A program made the position numbers and the translations under genes. A stretch of 37,674 bases of DNA, from NCBI GenBank assembly GCA_016199865.1, contig JACQFV010000005.1:1-37674 (forward strand), given 5' to 3'. This document shows, piece after piece, positions 18,090 through 27,965 of the stretch. Every line of letters starts with the position of its first letter. Within the stretch, counting starts at the first letter, position 1. The notes under the pieces are model-generated. The model was not told the origin of the DNA. It did no database searches and worked only from the letters and a program-made list of their open reading frames with translations. This DNA is from Candidatus Zixiibacteriota bacterium. GTDB taxonomy: Bacteria > Zixibacteria > MSB-5A5 > WJJR01.

Positions 18090-19127
18090 ATGCGGCTGAT
18101 CGCGCTGGCGGCCGCTGCGCTCGTGCTGCTGGAAATCACAGGCCAACTGGTCGGCAAGCCCAATCCGCCGACCGACCCCACCTTCACATCCGCCCGCGAA
18201 TGGAGTTTTCCCGATCGGATCGCCAAAGATCATGACCTGTTCTGGCGCTACCGCCCCGGCCAGACTATAAAACGGGGATTCCTGGCCCCGGGGACGTACA
18301 GGATCAACTCACGCGGGTTTCGCACGCCGGAATACGCTGAATCGAAGCCCGGTGGCACGCAGCGGGTCCTCTGTCTGGGTGAGTCGACGACGTTCGGAGT
18401 CGGCATCGCCGATGAGGGAGTCTGGCCGCGCGCGCTGGAACGGCAACTGAATGCTCTCGACCCGCAGAAACGCCGTTGGGAAGTGCTCAATCTGGCGGTC
18501 ACCGATTACACGTCGCATCAAGGGCTGATTTTGGCCCGTCGCGAGTTGCCGCGCCTTCGTCCCGACTTAGTCCTCATCAATTTCTCCTGGGCGGATCATC
18601 AGGAGGCCGCAGGGAAAACCGACGCCGAGTTGTCCATGCCGCCGGCCTGGATGGTGGAATCCGGAAATCTCTTGTCCCGCTCCGCCATAGTCCGTTGGGC
18701 GGAGAACCTCTGGTACAGTGTCCGGCCGCCCTCACCGTCAAAATCAGAGCTGACCTACAGCGTCTGGCGTGTCCCGCCGGAGAACTACCCGACCAATATC
18801 GAAGCGATCTGCGCGGAGGCGATCCGTGTCGGCGCGCGGCCGGTGATCGTGACCTCACCCATCGCCTGGCCGCCTGTGGGAAACTCCGATGCCACGGGGA
18901 TTTTCCATATTCACCATCGCTACCGCCGTCTGGCGCGCTACGCCGCTATCGCCGGCGGCGGCGAGTTTGTCGAACTGGCCAACGAGTTTGATCACCATCG
19001 CGAGTTCTTTTCTGATCCTCAGCATGACTTCCAGAACTTCAACGCCCGCGGTCACGCCTTCGCCGGGGAATTCCTGGCGCGCTACCTCTTGGGCGCAACG
19101 GCGGACACAACTGACTCGCAGCGTTAG
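18090..19127 (+). CDS. SGNH/GDSL hydrolase-fold protein with N-terminal signal/anchor and degenerate motifs
   Basis: INSRGFR, block I LCLGESTTFG, block III INFSWAD, block V DFQNFNARGH. Start at ATG 18090 (GTG 18051 is an alternative). Confidence 0.8.
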   Translation: MRLIALAAAALVLLEITGQLVGKPNPPTDPTFTSAREWSFPDRIAKDHDLFWRYRPGQTIKRGFLAPGTYRINSRGFRTPEYAESKPGGTQRVLCLGESTTFGVGIADEGVWPRALERQLNALDPQKRRWEVLNLAVTDYTSHQGLILARRELPRLRPDLVLINFSWADHQEAAGKTDAELSMPPAWMVESGNLLSRSAIVRWAENLWYSVRPPSPSKSELTYSVWRVPPENYPTNIEAICAEAIRVGARPVIVTSPIAWPPVGNSDATGIFHIHHRYRRLARYAAIAGGGEFVELANEFDHHREFFSDPQHDFQNFNARGHAFAGEFLARYLLGATADTTDSQR

Positions 19128-19129
19128 CC

Positions 19130-19851
19130 GTCGACGCCACCGACGGGGCGTGTTGAAAAAGCCCCGATTCTTGATGCGCGCCACGACCGTGGCGTCACAC
19201 GTCCTCGTGTGACGCCGTGTATGACAACGGGCTGCCACACGAGGACGTGTGGCAGCACTCCCCCGGTCGGGCATCCAGCGGATTTTTCAACAGGCCACCG
19301 ACGATCGCATTCTGATCGGTGCCGGCGTCAAGACGGCGCGGGCGCTGGTGATTACCTTGCCGCAGGAAGCGGACAATGTCCTGATCGCATTGACCGCCCG
19401 GCAACTGAACCCACCCCTGCACATCGTCGCCCGCGCCGACGAGGATCGCAACCGTCGCCAGCTCCTCTTGGCAGGCGCCAACACGGTCATCAGCCCCCAC
19501 GAGATCGGCGGCCTGCGCATGGCAATCGCGACGGTCTCTCCCAACGTCCTGGATTTCATGCAGGTGGCCGGAGGGAGCGAGGTCTCAGGTTCCCAGATCG
19601 AGGAACTTCTGGTCGGGGCCGGGTCGCGTCTGTGCGGGGTCACGCTGCACGATTCCCCGATCATGTCGGAACTGGGGTTGGCCGTGATCGGGATGCGCAA
19701 GGCCGGTGGCACGATGCGTCTGGCTCCCGGCGCGGAGGAGACCATCGACCCTGGCGACGTCATGATCGTCATCGGCTCCCTCGACAAACTGGCGACTCTC
19801 CGTGATCTGACCGCTGCGCCGCCCGGTACGATTGAACCGCCCTCGCGTTAG
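19130..19851 (+). pseudogene. 5'-truncated, MITE-interrupted RCK (TrkA_N half + TrkA_C) potassium channel/transporter remnant
   Basis: ATDDRILIGAGV..ARAL...ADNVLIALTARQLNP..IVARA...AGANTVISPHEIGG, then TrkA_C. Homology starts mid-TrkA_N at the GDATD motif. VDATD is encoded just left of the MITE. No GxGxxG motif or pore region upstream. Confidence 0.75.
19147..19296. mobile_element. 150-bp MITE-like element with 14-bp TIRs and an internal inverted hairpin doublet
   Basis: GGCGTGTTGAAAAA (19147-19160) and TTTTTCAACAGGCC (19283-19296), 13/14 match. Flanks are ACCGACGG and ACCGACGA (7/8, TSD-like). Internal 11-bp stems at 19191-19216 and 19231-19256. Confidence 0.7.
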
Positions 19852-19878
19852 GCGAAAAGCAAACCTGGACCGCGTCCC

Positions 19879-19918
19879 AAAAGAAATCGGCGTCCCGCCG
19901 GTCAGTGGCGGGACGCCG
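19879..19918 (-). terminator. Intrinsic terminator of the FadL/esterase-fold operon
   Basis: 12-bp stem CGGCGTCCCGCC (19888-19899) / GGCGGGACGCCG (19907-19918), followed on the minus strand by ATTTCTTTT, just after the stop at 19938. Confidence 0.8.
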
Positions 19919-19937
19919 TCGTCACTTCAGGCCCACG

Positions 19938-21248
19938 TCATAGGCCCGGAGGCCGCTGCAGATACTGGTCATGGAACTTGATGATTTTTCGCAATCGCGT
20001 CATCAAGAGCTTCGAGTGGCCGGCGGATATCCCCGATGCTCCGGAGTACTCCTCATAATCGTGTGCGACACCGGCGGCCGTCAGAGCGGCGTCGAACTCC
20101 CGATTCTGTTCCAGATACCCCAACTCGTCGTCTTCGCCCACGTCCATGTAGATCGGCATGTCTTGGAAGAGTGTCGGATTGGAGGCACGCCGGTTCACGA
20201 AGACGGTCTTCACGTCGGCCGAATCGTGCCACAGGCGCCAGACCGCCGGATCGGGCTGTCCGGTTCGGTCAAAGATCATATCCACGCCAAACCCGTTGGT
20301 GTCCGCGCCGGGAAACTTGATGGTGCGGGGACCGCTGGCCAAAGGACTGAAGAAATCCCATGGGCAGATCGTGTACCAGATGGGACGGAAGGGATCCTTA
20401 TATCTGAGACACCCCACGGAATCAAGGATCCGCAGAGGATGTGGCGAAAAAGCCGAGGACATGGCCAAGAACATTCGAGTGTTTGGCTGGTCCGCATGGA
20501 GACGAATCTGGGTGTACAGGGAAGTATCGCCGGCTGCTACCCCGCTTTCCGTCATAACATTGGGGACCAGATCCTTCCACACCCCGGACGGAATGCTCGG
20601 GTCGCCGATCGAGAGCATCCCGGATAGGGACGAAATCGAGGAAAACACCTGTGGATGGTCCAAGGCGTAGCGCAGAGCGCCGTATCCGCCCATCCCATGC
20701 CCGGAGATGGCCCGGGCTCCCGGCCCTGCCTGCGTGTAGACCTTGTACGCCGAGCCGGGCGCCTCCATGTGGTTGATCAACTCAGTGATCACTTCCTCGT
20801 ACATGGTGGTCGAGTCGGCATTGCGGTAGTACGACCCGCCGAAAACGTTTGAGGCATCCACCATGACGACCAGCATCCGCCCGATTTCCCCCTTGCTGTA
20901 CATGTCGTCGAGCAACGCCTGCAGCCCGTAGCGCAGGAAGTAGCCGGCATCGCCGTCGAAGTCATGCAAGAGATAGAGTACTGGAAAGGGCTGTTGCTGA
21001 ACGTTGAGCGGCTGATCCGACGCGTAGGCGACAATCACCTGCCGTGAGACCCGGTCATTGGCCGAATTCCGTTTCAATTCGTTGGTAAATCCGAAGGTCT
21101 CCATGAAGGGGTCCCGCTGCTGCACGGTCGTCACCCCCAGCGGATCGTCGTGCTGGGCGCAACCGGAAACCCCGCCCAGACCCGCACACGCGACCACCAA
21201 CGCCACGAACCATTTCATCGCCGGCATCCTGTCATCCTTTCCCATCAA
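19938..21248 (-). CDS. Lipoprotein with alpha/beta-hydrolase (esterase) fold; nucleophile Ser replaced by Gly
   Basis: Signal peptide ending VSG-C, FPVLYLLH, RAISGHGMGGYGAL (canonical GHSMGG), DVGEDDELG, C-terminal GH. ATGA overlap with the upstream gene. Confidence 0.85.
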   Translation of the reverse strand: MMGKDDRMPAMKWFVALVVACAGLGGVSGCAQHDDPLGVTTVQQRDPFMETFGFTNELKRNSANDRVSRQVIVAYASDQPLNVQQQPFPVLYLLHDFDGDAGYFLRYGLQALLDDMYSKGEIGRMLVVMVDASNVFGGSYYRNADSTTMYEEVITELINHMEAPGSAYKVYTQAGPGARAISGHGMGGYGALRYALDHPQVFSSISSLSGMLSIGDPSIPSGVWKDLVPNVMTESGVAAGDTSLYTQIRLHADQPNTRMFLAMSSAFSPHPLRILDSVGCLRYKDPFRPIWYTICPWDFFSPLASGPRTIKFPGADTNGFGVDMIFDRTGQPDPAVWRLWHDSADVKTVFVNRRASNPTLFQDMPIYMDVGEDDELGYLEQNREFDAALTAAGVAHDYEEYSGASGISAGHSKLLMTRLRKIIKFHDQYLQRPPGL

Positions 21249-22729
21249 AACCGATACGAAATCGAGGCGAGCGTCTCATACCGCGTGAGCGCGTAATCGC
21301 CGGGAAATACCACACTCCCAGCGCCGGCCCCGGACGAGGCCACTGTCCGTGACGACGCAAAGGCAATCTCCTGCGCCGCGTCGAGCCCCCAGCGCCCATT
21401 GAGGCGATAACCGATGCCGGCGGTCAGGCCGATGCGGTTGCCGACGTCGGGGAAATTGGGGCTGAAGGTCGAGTCCACCGCGGCCACGCCGTCGTAATAG
21501 GCGCCGCCCCGTATGAAGATGTTGTCACGCGCGTGACATTCCGCTCCCCCCGAAACCCGAACTTGATTTTTCCACCCGAACGGAATGGTCAGGTGGGTCA
21601 TACTCTGCGCCACGGCGTTGCTGTCGGCCCCGGTGTACAGGCCAGCGCCGTCGAACGAGATGTCCCAAGAGCCAACCGCCGACCAAAACGTCACGGCCAG
21701 ATCCAGAGCGACCGTCACCCTGGGGCTGGCCACCCAGCCGATTCCCGCGCCCACCTGCGCGGGCAGGTGGAGATCAAAGCCAAATCCACCCGACGATTGA
21801 AAGCGGGCGCTGTTGACTTCGTCGTGGACACCGCTGAAAAAACTCTTGGCCCGATTCAGCACCGTCATTTCGATGTTGGCCAGCTGCTGATTTCTCGGCC
21901 ACGCCATATTCAATGACGCCCGGCCGCTCATCGGCACGGTGACCGGGCTTTGAACGCTCAGCCCGACCGACACGGCTTCCGTTGCCTTCCAGAGCAGGCC
22001 GGCATTGGCTCCGATGGATAGGCCATGGCCGTCCAACGCGAAGTCTCCGGCAAATGCGTTGTAGGGGTACGCGTCGAAGGTCGATCCCAAACGGTTGGGG
22101 ACAAACAGGACTCGCCGGAGCACCAAATCTCCGTTGGTCAATGACAAACCGGCGCCCACAGCGAGGTTCTTGCCGAAGGTCTTGGCTGCCACGGGATGAA
22201 TGTCGAGAACGTCCAGATCCGTCCGGTAATTGGCGTCGGGGAACGCGTAATCGCTCGCGTAGCCGACGGGCTGGCGATACAAGTCCCAAGCATAGTTGAC
22301 ATCATGCGGCCACATGACGGCGCCGCCGAGGGCCCAACCTTTGCCACCCGACGGAACGGCGATGACGGCAAAAGACGGGATCGGCCAAACGTCCTTGAGA
22401 GGATACAATTTCCGACCGTTGGCCTGCCCGAATCCAACGTCCACCGCCCCCTCAGACACCCGTGGCGTGTAGCTCAACTGCGGGCTGTACGTCCCCAGGG
22501 AAACGTTCAATTCGCTGGATTTCAGAAAGGCGAGCCCAGCGGGATTGTAAGCGACGGCGCTCCAATCATCGGCCAGGCCACGAAAGGCCCCTCCCATGGA
22601 ACGCGCTCTAATGCCGACTCCGGCCGTGGCCAAACCGCTGGCCCGCACGCCAGCCGGATGCGCCAGAACTAGGCAGAGTCCAAAGGCGACCCAAGGGGTG
22701 ATGCCACGATCTTTCATCAACCGATGCAA
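21245..22729 (-). CDS. FadL/OmpP1/TodX-family outer-membrane transport protein
   Basis: Signal peptide, hatch SMGGAF...ADD.SAVAYNPAGL, beta-barrel pattern, C-terminal SYRF. Confidence 0.88.
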   Translation of the reverse strand: MHRLMKDRGITPWVAFGLCLVLAHPAGVRASGLATAGVGIRARSMGGAFRGLADDWSAVAYNPAGLAFLKSSELNVSLGTYSPQLSYTPRVSEGAVDVGFGQANGRKLYPLKDVWPIPSFAVIAVPSGGKGWALGGAVMWPHDVNYAWDLYRQPVGYASDYAFPDANYRTDLDVLDIHPVAAKTFGKNLAVGAGLSLTNGDLVLRRVLFVPNRLGSTFDAYPYNAFAGDFALDGHGLSIGANAGLLWKATEAVSVGLSVQSPVTVPMSGRASLNMAWPRNQQLANIEMTVLNRAKSFFSGVHDEVNSARFQSSGGFGFDLHLPAQVGAGIGWVASPRVTVALDLAVTFWSAVGSWDISFDGAGLYTGADSNAVAQSMTHLTIPFGWKNQVRVSGGAECHARDNIFIRGGAYYDGVAAVDSTFSPNFPDVGNRIGLTAGIGYRLNGRWGLDAAQEIAFASSRTVASSGAGAGSVVFPGDYALTRYETLASISYRF

Positions 22730-23045
22730 CGTCTCGCTCCCGTTTGAGGTTCGTGCCTCCGGCTACGGCCATTTCGCGTCCGGCGCCGTCGCCAAAAAGG
22801 ACAAACCGAAATCTACGCGCCTCCTGACAACCGGGTCAAACGCTTTCTCGGGCCTCCGTCGCAGTGGGACGGGGTTTCACGCCCGTCCGACGCCGACACG
22901 ATTACAGCGGAGCACAGGGATTATTCCCTCCCGAGTAAAGGAAAAACCACAGAAGCGATTGCCAAGCGCCTGACGGGGCCGTAAGTTGACCTGCTTGGGG
23001 CGGTTTGGGGTCCAACGCGCCCTCACAATAGAAGGTAGGGTCCGC

Positions 23046-25940
23046 GTGTCAGGATTCATCCAAATTCAGGGAGCCAGAGAGCACAATCTCCGCAACCTCA
23101 CGCTGCGGATTCCCCGCGATAAGCTGGTGGTGTTCACCGGGTTATCGGGCTCGGGGAAATCGTCTCTGGCCTTCGACACAATCTACGCGGAGGGGCAGAG
23201 ACGCTATGTCGAATCGCTGTCGGCTTATGCGCGGCAATTCCTGGGATTAATGGAGAAGCCCGATGTCGATTTCATCGATGGGCTCTCACCGGCTATTTCG
23301 ATTGAGCAGCGTTCTTCCGCCAAGAACCCCCGTTCGACGGTCGGCACGGTGACTGAAATCTACGATTACTTGCGACTCCTCTACGCCCGCATCGGCATTC
23401 CCCACTGTTACCGCTGTGGCAGACCGATCAGCCGCCAGACAGTCTCTCAGATGGTGGACCATCTGATGGAATTGCCCCCCAAGACCCGGCTGGTGATCCT
23501 GGCGCCGCTCGTCGTCGGCCGAAAAGGGGAACACCGCGACATTCTTGATCAGATCAAGAAAAAGGGGCTGGTGCGGGTTCGCGTCGACGGCGAGATCTAC
23601 GATCTGGAGGAGATTCCGGCGCTCAACAAGAAGACCAAGCACACCATTGAAGCGGTGGTGGACCGCTTGCAGGCGGGGCCCACGATCAAATCCCGTTTGG
23701 CGGATTCACTGGCGACAGCCCTGCGTCTGGCGGGTGGCACGGCGCGGGTGGCCATCGCCAGCGCCGAAGAAGCGGTGTTCTCCGAGGATGCCGCCTGTCC
23801 CAACTGTGGTTTGTCGTTCGAAGAGCCGACACCCCGCCTGTTTTCCTTCAATTCTCCTTTCGGGGCCTGTCCAACGTGCGGCGGGCTGGGGCACAAGATG
23901 GAAATCGACCCCGATTTGGTCGTCCCCGATCCGACCCGGTCGATCTTCGAGGGCGCCATCGCCCCGTGGGGTGAAGATCCGGCCAATTGGTACCGGTTCA
24001 TGTTGCGCGGTGTCGCGACCCATTTCAATTTCAACTTCCGGACCCGATTCTGCGATCTGCCCAAGGAAGTGCGGCGGATCCTCCTCCATGGCTCGGGATC
24101 GAAGGAATTCAAGTTCGCCTATGAGCATGCCAGCGGAAAGGGGAAGGGGGAATACACCGGCCGCTTCGAGGGTGTCATTCCCAATCTCGAACGGCGCTAC
24201 CGGCAGACTGAGTCGCAGGGTGTCCGCCAATGGATCGAACAGTATATGCGCATGACCCCCTGCCCCGCCTGCCAGGGGGCCCGGTTGAAACCCGAAGCGT
24301 TGGCGGTCAAGGTCAGTGGGCAGTCGATCCATGAGGTGGTCGGCATGTCGATCAAGCAGTCGGCGGCCTTCTTCGCCAACTTGAAATTGAGCGCGCGTGA
24401 GCGCCAGATTGCGCGTCAGATTCTGAAGGAAGTGAACGAACGCTTGGGATTTCTGATCAACGTCGGCCTGGATTACATGACGCTCGAGCGCTCCGCGCAG
24501 ACCCTGTCCGGGGGCGAGGCGCAACGCATCCGATTGGCAACTCAAATCGGGTCGCGACTGGTGGGAGTGCTTTACATTCTGGACGAACCGTCGATCGGTT
24601 TGCACCAGCGCGACAACCGGCGCCTCCTGGACACGTTGATCGGCCTGCGTGACTTGGGCAATACCGTGATCGTCGTCGAGCATGACCGGGAGACAATCGA
24701 ATCGGCCGATTTTGTCGTCGATTTGGGACCGGGAGCGGGCAAGAATGGCGGAGATATTGTCGCGCTCGGACCGCCCGCCCGGATCAAGGCAACCAAGGGC
24801 TCCCTGACGGGTCAATACCTGTCATACCGCCGGTCGATCGCGACACCGGCGCGGCGTCGTAAAGGCAACGGGCAATCCTTACGGCTCGTCGGCGCGCGCG
24901 GCAACAACCTCAAGAACACAACCGTGGAATTCCCCCTCGGCGTGTTCACCTGCGTCACGGGTGTCTCCGGTTCGGGGAAGTCGACGTTGATTAATGAGAC
25001 CCTCTACCGCGTGTGCGCCCAACGCTTCTTCGATGCGAAGCGTCCGCCGCTGCCGCATGACCGTCTGCAGGGGCTGGAGGCCTTGGACAAGGTGATCGAC
25101 ATCGATCAGTCGCCGATCGGCCGCACCCCCCGCTCCAACCCGGCGACCTACACCGGTGTCTTTACATTCATCCGCGATCTATTTGCCCAACTCCCCGATG
25201 CCAAGATTCGGGGGTATGAACCGGGACGTTTCTCGTTCAACGTGAAAGGCGGGCGCTGCGAGGCCTGCGAGGGGGACGGGATCATCAAGATCGAGATGCA
25301 TTTTCTGCCCGACGTCTATGTCCCCTGCGAAGTCTGCAAGGGGAAGCGTTACAACCGGGAGACACTGGAAGTCACCTATAAAGGTAAGAGTATCGCCGAC
25401 GTCCTCGATCTGACCGTCGCGGAGGCGCTCGAGTTTTTTGCCAACATTCCCCGCATCAAGACCAAACTTCTGACATTGTCCCAAGTCGGTCTGGGCTACA
25501 TTCATCTGGGACAGCAGGCGACCACGCTCTCGGGTGGCGAAGCGCAACGGGTGAAACTGTCGACGGAGTTGTCCAAGGTGGCGACCGGCCAGACGCTGTA
25601 TATCCTCGACGAACCGACCACCGGTCTGCATTTTGAGGACATACGCATGCTGCTCGGGGTGCTCAATGAACTGGTGGAACGCGGGAACACGGTGATCGTG
25701 ATCGAGCATAACCTGGACGTCGTCAAGACCGCCGACTGGCTGATCGATCTGGGGCCGGAGGGAGGCGACGAGGGCGGCTGGGTGGTTGCGACCGGAACTC
25801 CCGAAGCCGTCGCCCGTAACCGCCGCTCGCACACGGGGCGCTTCTTACGCGTCGAGTTAGACCGGCGGACACCCGATGGTCGCGCCCGGTCCGGCGTCGC
25901 CCCGAGAGAACCGGCGTTGGCGGGCGAAGTGGCGGCGTAA
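23046..25940 (+). CDS. uvrA: Excinuclease ABC subunit A
   Basis: [30 protein letters not shown], zinc-finger CxxC pairs, two LSGGEAQR signatures, [12 protein letters not shown] 23046 follows an AAGGTAGG RBS. Confidence 0.99.
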   Translation: MSGFIQIQGAREHNLRNLTLRIPRDKLVVFTGLSGSGKSSLAFDTIYAEGQRRYVESLSAYARQFLGLMEKPDVDFIDGLSPAISIEQRSSAKNPRSTVGTVTEIYDYLRLLYARIGIPHCYRCGRPISRQTVSQMVDHLMELPPKTRLVILAPLVVGRKGEHRDILDQIKKKGLVRVRVDGEIYDLEEIPALNKKTKHTIEAVVDRLQAGPTIKSRLADSLATALRLAGGTARVAIASAEEAVFSEDAACPNCGLSFEEPTPRLFSFNSPFGACPTCGGLGHKMEIDPDLVVPDPTRSIFEGAIAPWGEDPANWYRFMLRGVATHFNFNFRTRFCDLPKEVRRILLHGSGSKEFKFAYEHASGKGKGEYTGRFEGVIPNLERRYRQTESQGVRQWIEQYMRMTPCPACQGARLKPEALAVKVSGQSIHEVVGMSIKQSAAFFANLKLSARERQIARQILKEVNERLGFLINVGLDYMTLERSAQTLSGGEAQRIRLATQIGSRLVGVLYILDEPSIGLHQRDNRRLLDTLIGLRDLGNTVIVVEHDRETIESADFVVDLGPGAGKNGGDIVALGPPARIKATKGSLTGQYLSYRRSIATPARRRKGNGQSLRLVGARGNNLKNTTVEFPLGVFTCVTGVSGSGKSTLINETLYRVCAQRFFDAKRPPLPHDRLQGLEALDKVIDIDQSPIGRTPRSNPATYTGVFTFIRDLFAQLPDAKIRGYEPGRFSFNVKGGRCEACEGDGIIKIEMHFLPDVYVPCEVCKGKRYNRETLEVTYKGKSIADVLDLTVAEALEFFANIPRIKTKLLTLSQVGLGYIHLGQQATTLSGGEAQRVKLSTELSKVATGQTLYILDEPTTGLHFEDIRMLLGVLNELVERGNTVIVIEHNLDVVKTADWLIDLGPEGGDEGGWVVATGTPEAVARNRRSHTGRFLRVELDRRTPDGRARSGVAPREPALAGEVAA

Positions 25941-26020
25941 GCCAATGACGTGTGATGCCGCGAAGATGATGCGGTCTGTTTTGCGGAGCCAAGGTCCGGG
26001 GAAGATCGGGGGATGACGCC

Positions 26021-27949
26021 ATGGGCATGAATCTCGTCCAGAAAATCATTTCCGCGCATCTGGTCGAGGGGACAGTGGCGGCGGGCGAGCCGATCGCCAT
26101 CAAGATCGACCAGACCCTCACGCAGGATGCGACCGGCACGATGGCCTATCTGCAGTTTGAGGCGATGGGAATCGACCGGGTGCGAACGGAAAAATCGGTG
26201 TCTTACGTCGACCACAACATGCTGCAGACCGGATTTGAGAACGCCGACGATCATCTGTACCTGCAAACGGTGGCGGCGCGTTACGGGATTGATTATTCCC
26301 GTCCCGGCAATGGCATCTGTCATCAGGTACACTTGGAGCGCTATGGCGTGCCGGGAAAAACCCTGCTCGGCTCGGATTCGCATACGCCGACCAATGGCGG
26401 ATTGGGGATGCTGGCCATCGGCGCCGGTGGGTTGGACGTCGCGGTCGCCATGGCCGGCGGCCCCTTCCACCTGACCATGCCGAAAGTGGTGCGGGTGCAC
26501 CTGACGGGCAAACTCGGCCCGTGGGTCGCCGCCAAGGACATCATCCTGGACATCCTCCGGCAATTGACCGTCAAAGGCGGGGTCGGCAAGATCCTCGAGT
26601 ACACCGGGGATGGCGTCAAGACGCTGAGCGTGCCGGAGCGGGCCACGATCACCAACATGGGCGCCGAACTGGGAGCCACGACCTCGATTTTTCCCTCGGA
26701 CGACAACACCCGTCGCTATCTGGCGCTGCAGAAACGGGAATCCGAGTACCGCGCCGTGGCGGCCGACCCGGATGCCACCTACGATGAACAAATCACGATC
26801 GACTTGACGGCCTTGGAGCCCTTGATCGCGCAGCCACATTCCCCCGACAAAGTCGTGCGCGTCCGCGACGTCGCCGGACTGAAAGTGGATCAGGTGTGCG
26901 TCGGTTCGTGCACGAATTCGTCCCTGTATGACCTTCTGGTCACCGCGGCGATCCTCAAAGGACGGCACGTGCATCCCGACGTCAGCATGACCGTGACACC
27001 GGGATCGCGTCAGGTGTTCACCGCGGTCTCGCAGTTGGGGGCACTGACCGAGATGATATCCGCCGGCGCCCGCATCCTTGAATCGGCGTGCGGCCCCTGC
27101 ATCGGGATGGGCCAGGCCCCGCCGTCGGGCGGTGTGTCGATCCGGAGTTTCAACCGCAATTTCGAGGGGCGGTCGGGGACCAAAGACGCCAACGTTTATC
27201 TCGCCTCGCCGCAGGTGTGCGCCGTCTGCGCGCTCTCTGGCACGATCACCGATCCGCGGACCTGGGGAGAAGAACCTACGGTCACGTTGCCGGAGGCGAT
27301 TCCGATCGATGACGCCCTGATCGTCCACGCGCCCGCCCAACGAGAGGCGATTACCGTGCGGCGCGGACCCAACATCAAGCCCCTGCCGCAACAGACGCCC
27401 CTGACCGGCCGGATCGCCGGCGAAGTGCTGCTGAAAGTCGGGGACAACATCACGACCGATCACATCATGCCCGCCGGGGCGAAGGTCTTGCCCCTGCGGT
27501 CGAACATTCCCGCCATCTCCGAGTTCGTCTTCGTGCGGGTCGATCCGGAATTTCCGCAGCGGGCCCGCGCCAAGGGGGGCGGCTTCATTGTCGGCGGCGA
27601 CAACTACGGTCAGGGGTCCTCACGGGAACACGCCGCACTCGCGCCGATGTTCCTCGGCGTGAGAGCGGTGATCGCCAAATCGTTTGCGCGTATCCACCAT
27701 GCCAACCTCGTCAACTTCGGCATTCCGCCATTGACCTTCGTCGATCCGGCCGATTACGACCGGATCGAGCAGGGGGACAATCTGGAGATCGACGCCGTCC
27801 CCGACCGGATTCGATCGGGAGATCGGCTCCTGGTTCGGAACAAGAGCAAGAATTCTGAGTTTTGGGTGACCTATGATCTGTCCGCCTTCAACAAAGCCGT
27901 CCTCTTGGACGGCGGCCTCTTGAACCACACGCGCCGTCACGCCGCCTGA
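26021..27949 (+). CDS. Aconitate hydratase (short ~640-aa type)
   Basis: QDATGTMA, GICHQ, GSDSHT, GSCTN, CGPCIG, NRNFEGR, TTDHI, GSSREHAA. Confidence 0.93.
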   Translation: MGMNLVQKIISAHLVEGTVAAGEPIAIKIDQTLTQDATGTMAYLQFEAMGIDRVRTEKSVSYVDHNMLQTGFENADDHLYLQTVAARYGIDYSRPGNGICHQVHLERYGVPGKTLLGSDSHTPTNGGLGMLAIGAGGLDVAVAMAGGPFHLTMPKVVRVHLTGKLGPWVAAKDIILDILRQLTVKGGVGKILEYTGDGVKTLSVPERATITNMGAELGATTSIFPSDDNTRRYLALQKRESEYRAVAADPDATYDEQITIDLTALEPLIAQPHSPDKVVRVRDVAGLKVDQVCVGSCTNSSLYDLLVTAAILKGRHVHPDVSMTVTPGSRQVFTAVSQLGALTEMISAGARILESACGPCIGMGQAPPSGGVSIRSFNRNFEGRSGTKDANVYLASPQVCAVCALSGTITDPRTWGEEPTVTLPEAIPIDDALIVHAPAQREAITVRRGPNIKPLPQQTPLTGRIAGEVLLKVGDNITTDHIMPAGAKVLPLRSNIPAISEFVFVRVDPEFPQRARAKGGGFIVGGDNYGQGSSREHAALAPMFLGVRAVIAKSFARIHHANLVNFGIPPLTFVDPADYDRIEQGDNLEIDAVPDRIRSGDRLLVRNKSKNSEFWVTYDLSAFNKAVLLDGGLLNHTRRHAA

Positions 27950-27965
27950 ACAATTTCGCCGCCCC

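Noticed and set aside
22730-23045. SOS/LexA box upstream of uvrA
   Set aside because: No known LexA consensus or convincing palindrome was found by eye.
25502-27463. 653-aa minus-strand ORF
   Set aside because: Antisense shadow of aconitase/uvrA, typical of high-GC codon bias, with no recognisable motifs.
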